DNA of 64,000 nucleotides from the NCBI GenBank assembly GCA_028703835.1, contig JAQVMB010000003.1, positions 5,493 to 69,492 of the forward strand, in the 5' to 3' direction. The notes beneath the pieces were generated by a model. That model was given only the letters and a program-made list of their open reading frames with translations. It was not told where the DNA came from and did no database searches. This stretch comes from Candidatus Peribacteraceae bacterium (GTDB lineage Bacteria; Patescibacteriota; Gracilibacteria; Peribacterales; Peribacteraceae). This document shows, one piece after another, positions 17,113 through 25,433 of this stretch (within the stretch, counting starts at the first letter, position 1; every line of letters starts with the position of its first letter). The translations under genes and the position numbers were made by a program.

Positions 17113-19359
17113 TCAGATCAGCGGCTCCTCGAACGTCTCCGAGACCATCGCCACTTCTTCTTTGGAGGGAGGCGCCGACGCGGCTTCGTCCCACTTCGCC
17201 AGCATCTCTTCCACCTCTTTGCGCGGCGTGCAGTATTTGCGCCGTGACGCGTCGATGATCTCCTTCGTGTAATCTTCGGCGGGTGCCGGAGCGTTCAGTG
17301 TCTTGCCGGAGAACGCATCGCGCAATTCGCCATTCACCGACATCTTGATGTAGAAATCGCGGACGCCCAAGTTGATGATGTCGCGCTCCTTGAAGACCGG
17401 GTTGTATTCGCCTTCCAGGATCATCGCGTCTTCGGCTCCGACGCGGAAACTGATCATGGAACCCACGTTGCCGAAGACCGTCTTGCGAACAAAGTCGGAG
17501 AGCTGGCCCATGTACTGGTGGGCGATGGTGAGGTTGAGCTTGTACTTGCGCGCCTCCGACAAGATTTCCGAAAACGTGTCCGTGGCGAAGTTCTGGAATT
17601 CGTCGACGTAGAAGTAGAAGTCTTTGCGCTGGTCTTCCGCGGTGTCCGCGCGGCTCATGGCGGCCTGGTAGAGCTTCGTGATGAACATCGCGCCGATGAG
17701 CGATGAGTTCTCCTCGCCGAGCAATCCTTTGGATACTTTCATCAGGAGGATCTTCTTCTTGTCCATGATCTCGCGGATGTCGAACTTGGTCTTCGGCTGG
17801 CCGATCATGTTGCGGATCATGTTCGTCGCCACGAACTGACCGACTTTGTTGAGGAGCGGCGTGATGGCGTCGGCGTCGAACTTTTCGGACCATGCGGCGA
17901 ATTCCGACACCCAGAAGTTTTTCACCACGGAGTCCTGGATGCGCGACACGATCTTCTGGCGGTAGTTCTTGTCCGTGAGCATCTTGAGGATGGACAGGAC
18001 CGTCGTGTTCGGGCTGTCGAGGAGGGCGAGCGTGGTGTAGCGCAGCACGTGTTCCAAACGGTCGGACCAGTTGTTGCCGAAAAGCTTTTTGAAGATCTGC
18101 AGGAAACCGATCGTCACTTGCATCTTGTACGCCTCCTCCACGCGCTCGAGCGGGTTGAAGGCGATGGGGAAGTCGATGTCGCCGGGATCCAGGAGCACGA
18201 CGTCTTCGATGCGGTGTTTCGGCACCATGCGCAGGACGGCGTCGACCAGGTCGCCGTGCGGGTCCAAGACGGAGATGCCTTCGCCGTTCTTCAGGTCTTC
18301 GTTGATGAGGAGCTCCAGCAGCTTGCTCTTCCCCACGCCGGACTTGCCGACGATGTAGAGGTGACGCCGGCGGTCGGCGCGGCGGATGCCGAAGGGGACG
18401 AAGTTGTTGTGGTAGTTCGTCACGCCGAAGCCGCTCACGTCGCTTTCTCCGATCTTGGGCAAGTCCTGCGGCGGGTCGGACTTGCGCGCGAGGACGTGGA
18501 CGATGTGCGGGACGTAATCCGCGTTCGGGAAGTGGAAGAGCGTGGCGACTTCCTTCGCGTTGAGGATACGCAGCGTCGCGTGGGACCGTTCGCGGTATTT
18601 CCGCAGGAACGAGGCGGCGTTCTTCACGGGTACGCCGTGGAACCCGTTGATATCCTTGTCGTTGAATTGCGAGAAACTGTCCGTGACGGCGTTGAGTTTC
18701 AGGCGGGCTGCCTCCTCGTTATCGCTGATGTACGCGCAGCGGATGCTGACGCGGTACGGCTTGATCTCCGCCTTGTCTTTTGCTTTCGCATGTCGAACTT
18801 CGCCGATCCCTTTGCGTCCTCCTTCGCGCAGGCGGTCGCGGATGCTGAAGAAGTGGCGGATGTGCGCCAGCCGGATGCGGATGCGGCGGGCGAGATGGAA
18901 GAAGCCCGTGTCATCGCAAGGTTCCGCGATGATCTGCACCCACACCTGGTCGCTCGGCCCGATCTTGGAGATGACGGAGAAGAGGCGCGACGCGCTGTCC
19001 TCCTCGAAGACGTCGAAGGTCTTGATGGGGTAGATGTCCGAATGCTTCAGTTCCACGTTGGCGCAGGCGATCGACTGTTTCTTGGGATCAAAGCGCGTCG
19101 TGTAATCGTCCGTCTCGCGGATTTCGGCGTCCGGGAACGTCGCGTAAATCAAGCTCTCCACCGTCGAGAACAACTGCTGGTCGACGACCATGAAGAAATA
19201 CGTGTACTGCGCGAAGCCGAAGAACTCCAGCGACACGCGCTTCCCCGTGAACGTGTTGCGCATGTTGATCAGAAGCTCCTGGAACTTGGATTCCAGCTTC
19301 TTGTTCCCTTCCGTGCCCTGGGGAATGACGATGTGGAGATAGCGGAGCGTACCGGCCAT
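17113..19359 (-). CDS. TraD/TraG/VirD4-like (FtsK/HerA-superfamily) ATPase with uncharacterised N-terminal domain, no TM helices
   Basis: ORF 17113..19362, read from the ATG at 19359. Contains Walker A GKSGVGKS, Walker B-like FYFYVDEFQNF, and ARKYKLNLTIAHQYMGQL. The N-terminal ~330 aa are not recognised. Confidence 0.75.
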   Translation of the reverse strand: MAGTLRYLHIVIPQGTEGNKKLESKFQELLINMRNTFTGKRVSLEFFGFAQYTYFFMVVDQQLFSTVESLIYATFPDAEIRETDDYTTRFDPKKQSIACANVELKHSDIYPIKTFDVFEEDSASRLFSVISKIGPSDQVWVQIIAEPCDDTGFFHLARRIRIRLAHIRHFFSIRDRLREGGRKGIGEVRHAKAKDKAEIKPYRVSIRCAYISDNEEAARLKLNAVTDSFSQFNDKDINGFHGVPVKNAASFLRKYRERSHATLRILNAKEVATLFHFPNADYVPHIVHVLARKSDPPQDLPKIGESDVSGFGVTNYHNNFVPFGIRRADRRRHLYIVGKSGVGKSKLLELLINEDLKNGEGISVLDPHGDLVDAVLRMVPKHRIEDVVLLDPGDIDFPIAFNPLERVEEAYKMQVTIGFLQIFKKLFGNNWSDRLEHVLRYTTLALLDSPNTTVLSILKMLTDKNYRQKIVSRIQDSVVKNFWVSEFAAWSEKFDADAITPLLNKVGQFVATNMIRNMIGQPKTKFDIREIMDKKKILLMKVSKGLLGEENSSLIGAMFITKLYQAAMSRADTAEDQRKDFYFYVDEFQNFATDTFSEILSEARKYKLNLTIAHQYMGQLSDFVRKTVFGNVGSMISFRVGAEDAMILEGEYNPVFKERDIINLGVRDFYIKMSVNGELRDAFSGKTLNAPAPAEDYTKEIIDASRRKYCTPRKEVEEMLAKWDEAASAPPSKEEVAMVSETFEEPLI

Positions 19360-19454
19360 CAAAGGAGGAGAATACGAATATTATAGCAGAAAATGAGCTT
19401 TTACTGAAGGATGAAGCGTTCTGCCAAAGGGGAATGGTAGCGGTAAAACGAGCA

Positions 19455-21131
19455 CTAATACACCATTTTCAGATAGCAGGATTCACAGTAGACGATCTCC
19501 GGTCTTTCCGGGGCGTAGTTCGTGCTGATGGCCGCGTTGCACCGGGCGCAGTTCCTCTGCCAGAGTTTCCGTGGATTTCGCAGTGCCATGCGGTCAGCAT
19601 GCCGTTGGTCGGGGCATCGGCGCGGGACGGGGAGGCCCATCGTGCGGTAGAACTTCAATTCCTGCGGGATGATCTTGAACGGTCTGCCTGTGGACTCGCA
19701 GATCAGGATCCGGTCGCAGATGTCGTCGGGAACGTCCCTGATTGCGGCGGGGACCGGGACGGGCGGCCCTTTGTATGATTCCTTCTTTTCCTGCGGTTCG
19801 TTGTACCAGTTCCATCCCTGCTTCTTCGCTTCTTCCTCCGTGAGCGGGAAATTCTCCTGCGCCAGCGTCTCGTTGTAGCCCATGTAAGAAAGATGCGGTT
19901 GCAGGTAATCGCCCCACTCGCCGGTCTTGCGCATGTGTTCAATGATGCGCGGCACGAGCGCTTCATACTCTTCCTTCGTGTACTGCTTGTTCAGGATGCA
20001 GTACTTCTTGCGTCGCATGCTGATGCAGCCGAAGACATTCTGGCAATGGTGAATTTCGCGGCTGTAGTAGTTGTCGCTACCGTACCAGCAGAGGAACGTA
20101 CCCATCGTTCGCTGTCCGCCGACGGTCGATCCCACATTGAAGCTGAACTCGATGCCGTCAGGTGCCGTGTAGTTTCCGTCCTGGCTGTACTTGCTCTTCG
20201 GCGAGTTCCACAGGTACGTGCAATCCTCGCATGCGGTGCAGTCAAACGTGTACTTGCAGTTCTTGCTGTTGAAGACCATGTCTCCCGTACAGTCCTCGCT
20301 GCCCAGGGTATGCGCTGCACGATGGGGGAGCGGCTTCTTCAACTCTTCGAACTTCTCACGCAGGAGGCGCATCTTTTCGGGCGTGAAGGGGCGCAGTTCT
20401 GCCAGACGCTTCTCATATTCTTCTTTGCTGAGAGGTTTGTTCAGGAAGCAGTATTCCTTGTTCTGCAGGCCGAAGCACAGAAAGCAGTTCTTGCACGACT
20501 GGCAATCTTCCACCATGAGGCAGTCGGTACAGTTGCGGCAGTTCATGAAGTGGAAGCATTGATAGCACTGTTGCGACGCGATGCCCTCGTAGCACCACTC
20601 GCAGGAGTAGAGCGACAGGCCGTCCACGACATCTTTGGAATCGATCACGAAGCGACCGTAGAGGCAGTTCTCGGCATTGGTGATGCCGGCGACGAGGTAG
20701 CAGTCGCGGCAGTTGAGGGAGTGGTTGGTGTAGTAGCTGTTCTGTTCGTTGGTGGTGAAGAGCGACTGGTGCGGGACCGCCAAACCCAGTGCGGCGAATT
20801 GTTCCGAGAAAGTCTCGTTGAAGTCGAAGGGGCGACCGTACGACAGCTCGTCCCACCTGTCGCTCCAGAACTCCTCCTGGTCGTAGACCTTGTACGGTTT
20901 GTCCGGAGCGTAGATGGAAACGATCTGCTTGCCGGAGAGATCGGATTTCCGGTGGTAGAGGTTCAGGTCGTTGCGGAAGGCAAGACGTCGGCGAAAGCGG
21001 CAGTCCGGGCAGAATACCGGCGGTGGGATCTGCTCCTTCTTGCCGTTGAAGACAGGGGAGACCGTGTCGTAAAACACGAGGTCATTCGGAGTGATCTCAA
21101 AGGCAGCCGAGCATTGTTTGCAGGTGGCCAT
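19455..21131 (-). CDS. Cys-rich zinc-ribbon paralogue A (unnamed family)
   Basis: ORF 19455..21239. The internal ATG at 21131 (MATCKQCSAAFEITPNDLVFY...) aligns with its sisters and overlaps the upstream stop by 1 nt (TAATG). About 35 Cys by hand count. Ends ...NCARCNAAISTNYAPERPEIVYCESCYLKMVY. Confidence 0.85.
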   Translation of the reverse strand: MATCKQCSAAFEITPNDLVFYDTVSPVFNGKKEQIPPPVFCPDCRFRRRLAFRNDLNLYHRKSDLSGKQIVSIYAPDKPYKVYDQEEFWSDRWDELSYGRPFDFNETFSEQFAALGLAVPHQSLFTTNEQNSYYTNHSLNCRDCYLVAGITNAENCLYGRFVIDSKDVVDGLSLYSCEWCYEGIASQQCYQCFHFMNCRNCTDCLMVEDCQSCKNCFLCFGLQNKEYCFLNKPLSKEEYEKRLAELRPFTPEKMRLLREKFEELKKPLPHRAAHTLGSEDCTGDMVFNSKNCKYTFDCTACEDCTYLWNSPKSKYSQDGNYTAPDGIEFSFNVGSTVGGQRTMGTFLCWYGSDNYYSREIHHCQNVFGCISMRRKKYCILNKQYTKEEYEALVPRIIEHMRKTGEWGDYLQPHLSYMGYNETLAQENFPLTEEEAKKQGWNWYNEPQEKKESYKGPPVPVPAAIRDVPDDICDRILICESTGRPFKIIPQELKFYRTMGLPVPRRCPDQRHADRMALRNPRKLWQRNCARCNAAISTNYAPERPEIVYCESCYLKMVY

Positions 21132-22819
21132 TAGTAGACGGAAGCGAGGTAACACTCTTCGCAGTAGACGATCTCGGAACGGTCGGGAGCGTAGGTTGTC
21201 CGCATCTCTTTGCTGCAGTTCATGCACGGACGAAGCCACAGCTGGCGGGGATTGCGGAGGGCAAGCCGCAGGTCGTAACGCACGTCAGGATGGAGGCGAG
21301 GAACGGGTAATCGCTGCTTCCTATAGAAGTCCAGTTCCTGCTTCGTCACTTTGAACGGACGCTTTGTTATGTCGCATTCGATGGCCCAGTTCGTTATGTC
21401 ATCGGGAATGTCATCGATGAAGTCGGGCAGGCGGGAAGCCGGGATGGTTTTCGCTACCTGCAATTGCTTCTCCTCGCTATCACGCCAATAAAAGCCCCGA
21501 GTGAGAGCTTCCTCTTTCGTCAGCGGCAGGTATTCCCCCGCGAGTGATTCGTTGTAACCGAAGGCGGAGAGTGCCGGCGGGAAGAATTTTCCCCATTCTT
21601 CCGTTCTCTTCATCTTCTCGATGATCTTGGGCACGAGCGACTCATACTCGCTCTTTGAATACTGTTTGTTCAGGATGCAGTACTGCTTGTGGCGCAGCGC
21701 GACGCAGCCGAAGCAGTCATGACAGTTGAAGCAGTATTCGCAATAGAGAAGGTTCTGGCTGTGGAAGACGTATAGACAGTAGGCCGTGCTGTAGGTCTCG
21801 ATCGTTCCGAGCGTTTCGTACGCAAGCTCTGGTTTGACGTACATGTTCGAGCAGTCGTAGTTGTCCTTTACCCCAACGCCCACGGTCACGTAGCGGCTGT
21901 CCTGGCTGTCGTTCACGTCGTAGCAGTCCAAACAACGTTGCGAATTCTCGATGTAATCACCGCTGCACACCTCGCTGTTCACGATGTTCGAGCCGCGATG
22001 GATGGTTGTCTGCCGCAAGGCAGCGAGTTTCCGCTTCAGCTCTTCCGACCGCGCATGGAACCCGCGCACTTCCCGGACTTTCCTCTCGTATTCTTCTCTC
22101 GGCAGGGGCTTGTTTTCAAAGTGATATTCCTTCTGCCGCAAGTTGCTGCAGAGGAAGCAGTTGCTGCATCCTACGAGGTTGAGGGACCAGGAACAGTCGC
22201 GGCAATTCTTGCTGAACGAGACGTGGTTGCAGTTATAGGAGTCATACACCGAGAAGCATTCGTAGCAGAGCTCGGAGTTGTAGAGGTAGGAGCAATCCAC
22301 CGAGCTCTTGCAGCTTTGGTAGAGCTTTCCATAGTAACAATCCTCGCAGTACTCCGAGGAGTTGATGAGGTAACAGTTTTTGCAGTAGGCGGTCCCTGCT
22401 GAAAAATCTGAATTCTCATTCTGCAGAATCATCATGCCGAGGCGCGGCGCATCTTTATGGAGAGCGGCAAACTGCGGGAAGAAAGGTTTGCCGAAGTCGT
22501 ACGGCCGTCCCAGTTCCGTGTTATCGAGCTTGTCGTCATAGAACTCATCGGAGGTGTAGACCTTGTCGGGCTTTCCCCACAGGGGAATCTCATGGAACGT
22601 CGAAACCATGTCTTTGCCCGAGAGCGTGGAAGAACGTTTATAGAAGCTGCGCTCGTTGCGGTGACAGGTGCGGATCCGCAGCCGACACTCCGGACAGAAG
22701 ACTGGCAGTGGCGGATGAATGGCTTGTTCCCCGAACGTAAACGTCATCTTCTGAACGAATGTTTCTTCGTCAGGAGCAATGGCGAACGGCGCCTGACAAC
22801 GAAGACACGTCTTCTGCAT
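21131..22819 (-). CDS. Cys-rich zinc-ribbon paralogue B
   Basis: 562 aa. Starts MQKTCLRCQAPFAIAPDEE... and ends ...CMNCSKEMRTTYAPDRSEIVYCEECYLASVY. Its start is 4 nt downstream of the stop of C. Confidence 0.85.
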   Translation of the reverse strand: MQKTCLRCQAPFAIAPDEETFVQKMTFTFGEQAIHPPLPVFCPECRLRIRTCHRNERSFYKRSSTLSGKDMVSTFHEIPLWGKPDKVYTSDEFYDDKLDNTELGRPYDFGKPFFPQFAALHKDAPRLGMMILQNENSDFSAGTAYCKNCYLINSSEYCEDCYYGKLYQSCKSSVDCSYLYNSELCYECFSVYDSYNCNHVSFSKNCRDCSWSLNLVGCSNCFLCSNLRQKEYHFENKPLPREEYERKVREVRGFHARSEELKRKLAALRQTTIHRGSNIVNSEVCSGDYIENSQRCLDCYDVNDSQDSRYVTVGVGVKDNYDCSNMYVKPELAYETLGTIETYSTAYCLYVFHSQNLLYCEYCFNCHDCFGCVALRHKQYCILNKQYSKSEYESLVPKIIEKMKRTEEWGKFFPPALSAFGYNESLAGEYLPLTKEEALTRGFYWRDSEEKQLQVAKTIPASRLPDFIDDIPDDITNWAIECDITKRPFKVTKQELDFYRKQRLPVPRLHPDVRYDLRLALRNPRQLWLRPCMNCSKEMRTTYAPDRSEIVYCEECYLASVY

Positions 22820-22823
22820 ACGT

Positions 22824-24503
22824 TCAATATACTTCCTTCAGATAGCATTCTTCGCAATAGACCTTTTCCGGCCGTTCGGGGGCGTAGGTCGTCTGCATCT
22901 CCTTTCCGCAATGCATGCACTTCCTTCCCCAAAGCGTGCGGGGATTGCGCCGGAGCATCCTCCGACGGTGTCGTTCGTCGGGATGGAAATGAGGAAGGGG
23001 GAATCCGCGTTCTCGGTAGAACTCCAGTTCCTTCTTCACGATTCTGAACGGGCGGTTTGTTGCTTCGCACTTGATTGCCCACTGGAGAATGTCGTCAGGT
23101 ACCTGCGTGATATCCGTCGGCAGCGTCGAGGCTGCGATGATTTTCTTCACGTCCGGCAATTCCGTTTCTTCCTCGCGCCACGGCCAGCCGCGGCTCTTCG
23201 ACTCCATTTCCGTAAGCGGGAAATACTGCTGCGCCGTCGTTTCGTTGTAGGCGAACGGTGAGATTCCTGCAGGAAAGAATTCTCCCCATTCTTGCGTTGA
23301 TCGCATGTGTTCGATCACTGTCGGTACGAGCGATTCATACTCTTCCTTCGTGTATTGCTTGTTCAGGATGCAGTGCTTCCCGGGCTTCATGGAGACGCAA
23401 CCGCACATGTGTGATCCAGACTGGACGATGTCGCAGTAGAGCAGGTGCTTGCTGCCCCAGGAGCCGTGCGTAAAGATGGCGTTGTAAGAGCCGTAGCCGA
23501 GGCTGAGCGATTCGTACCCTAGCTGGGCGTCCGTGGTGTGGCAGACATCCAATAGGTCTTTGATCTGAAAGCCGGTGAAAATGTTTGCACAGTCTTCGCC
23601 GTACGAAACGTCGAAGCAGTTCTGCAGGTTCCGCGAGTTCTTCAGGTAGTCGCCCGTCACGTTCTCGCAGCTCACTACTTCGCGCGCCCGATGGATGCTC
23701 TGCTCTTTGAAGCGGGAGAATTCTTGCCGCATCTTCGGCAGCCCGCCCTTTGCCATTTCTTGAAGCAGCGCGCGCTTCTCTTTCGCGTACTCTGCGGGAG
23801 TGAACGGCTTGTTGCGGATGTGGAAGCGTTTGTTGCGAAGATTGACGGAGAAGAGGCAGTCTGCGCAGCCTTTGCAGTCGAAGAGGAACATGCTGTCCGA
23901 GCAGTTGGTGCAGTTTTGGGAGAACGACACGGTGTGGCACTTGTCGACGTCGGTCACTTCGAAGCAGTACTGCGACTCCGTGCAGTCTCCGGCGTCGATG
24001 CAGCCCGTCGACTTGATGACCTGGTAGCCGTAGAGGCAGTCTTCGTTGAACTCCGCGGCGAAGAGCAGGTAGCAGTTCTTGTTGGAGCCGGAGAGATTGA
24101 TGAATTCCGAGTTCTCGTTATTCACCACGTTGAGCGCGAGGCGCGGAACGACGTTCTGCAGCTCATTGATCTGCGGGAAGAACGGACGGTTGAAATCGAC
24201 ATTCCGCCCGAAGCTGCGCGGGTCCCACTTGTCCGACCACCAGCACTCCGTGCAGTAGACGGGGAATGCGCTCTTCGTCGGGTAGACGGAGATGATGGAC
24301 TTCTTGCACGCGTCACAGGTGCGGCGGTACAGCGTCCGCTCGTTACGCCAGAAGAGCCTTCGCTGCTGACGGCAGTCGGGGCAGAGCGTGGGCGCAGGGA
24401 TCTCGAAGCGCTTGCCGCCGAACTCGGGCGCCATCTTGGCACGGAGCTCTTCTTCGAGCGGAGTGACGGTGAAGGCCGAGGAGCATTGCTTGCAGGTTGG
24501 CAT
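22824..24503 (-). CDS. Cys-rich zinc-ribbon paralogue C
   Basis: ORF 22824..24602, read from the internal ATG at 24503 (MPTCKQCSSAFTVTPLEE...). Ends ...CMHCGKEMQTTYAPERPEKVYCEECYLKEVY. Confidence 0.85.
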   Translation of the reverse strand: MPTCKQCSSAFTVTPLEEELRAKMAPEFGGKRFEIPAPTLCPDCRQQRRLFWRNERTLYRRTCDACKKSIISVYPTKSAFPVYCTECWWSDKWDPRSFGRNVDFNRPFFPQINELQNVVPRLALNVVNNENSEFINLSGSNKNCYLLFAAEFNEDCLYGYQVIKSTGCIDAGDCTESQYCFEVTDVDKCHTVSFSQNCTNCSDSMFLFDCKGCADCLFSVNLRNKRFHIRNKPFTPAEYAKEKRALLQEMAKGGLPKMRQEFSRFKEQSIHRAREVVSCENVTGDYLKNSRNLQNCFDVSYGEDCANIFTGFQIKDLLDVCHTTDAQLGYESLSLGYGSYNAIFTHGSWGSKHLLYCDIVQSGSHMCGCVSMKPGKHCILNKQYTKEEYESLVPTVIEHMRSTQEWGEFFPAGISPFAYNETTAQQYFPLTEMESKSRGWPWREEETELPDVKKIIAASTLPTDITQVPDDILQWAIKCEATNRPFRIVKKELEFYRERGFPLPHFHPDERHRRRMLRRNPRTLWGRKCMHCGKEMQTTYAPERPEKVYCEECYLKEVY

Positions 24504-24617
24504 CCAGCCCACTGTACGGCCGGATATGCCGTCATACAATTGTCGCATGAGGGTTTCCGATTTTGCCCTGGCAGAAGAGCCGTTCGTGAACCCGATATTC
24601 ACGCGCCACTGTGAAGA

Positions 24618-25406
24618 TCACGCCCCCACGCCCTGCTTCCACATCGATTCGAACTGGTTGCGATAGAGTTCGATAAGTTCCGGTTGCCGGATGACGATGA
24701 CGCGCGGGTTCGTGTCGTCACAGATGAAGTGGCTGACGTGGGCGTCGGCGAAGGCGAGGTAATCGTCCGTCACGGGGATGTCATCGACGAGGCGGCTTGT
24801 GCGCAGTTCACGTGAATCCCTCTTTGCGAATGTTTCCGCTTCGGGCGTGCGGGGATTGAAGATGCGGCAGTAGATGCCGCGGTCCAGACGCTTGCGGCGG
24901 AACGCCAATTCTTCGGGCGCCTCGTCGGACAGACCCGCCACTCGCCAGTAGTTCGCCATGTTTCCGAGATGCAGGTACTCGTCGGTGCAGCAATCGGGCA
25001 GCTTCAGATATTCCTCCCGGAACGCTTCCACCCCTTCCCGGATCTCCACGGGTTCCGCTTCGTCGATCTTCGCTTCGTTGTCCAGGTACGGAAGCAGCGA
25101 GTCCAGACCGGCCAAGGCCAGCCGGAGCTTTCGCATCTTCCGCTGGTCTGCGTCCAGCTTCGTGATGATGGCGCGGAGCGTGAGGGGCGAGAAGACCGAT
25201 TGCTTCCGGTTCAGCTTCATCGGGGAAACGAGTCCGCGATCCTGAAGTCTCTTCATGGTGCGATAGGCCGTCATCACGTTGAGGCCGCTCGCGGCGATCA
25301 GTTCCGTCATCGATGCACGGCGCAGCTTCAGCAGCTGCAGGTACAGCGCAATTTCCTCCTCGCGGAGTCCCGCCAGCCGAAGAAGATCCTGGATGCGGCT
25401 ACGCAT
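24618..25406 (-). CDS. TrmB-family winged-helix transcriptional regulator
   Basis: 262 aa. The N-terminal LGLREEEIALYLQLLKLRRASMTELIAASGLNVMTAYRTMKRLQDRGLV fits a TrmB-type wHTH. It is embedded between paralogues D and C on the same strand. Confidence 0.7.
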   Translation of the reverse strand: MRSRIQDLLRLAGLREEEIALYLQLLKLRRASMTELIAASGLNVMTAYRTMKRLQDRGLVSPMKLNRKQSVFSPLTLRAIITKLDADQRKMRKLRLALAGLDSLLPYLDNEAKIDEAEPVEIREGVEAFREEYLKLPDCCTDEYLHLGNMANYWRVAGLSDEAPEELAFRRKRLDRGIYCRIFNPRTPEAETFAKRDSRELRTSRLVDDIPVTDDYLAFADAHVSHFICDDTNPRVIVIRQPELIELYRNQFESMWKQGVGA

Positions 25407-25433
25407 GGAAGAGGCAGTATAGCTCAGTTGGCT

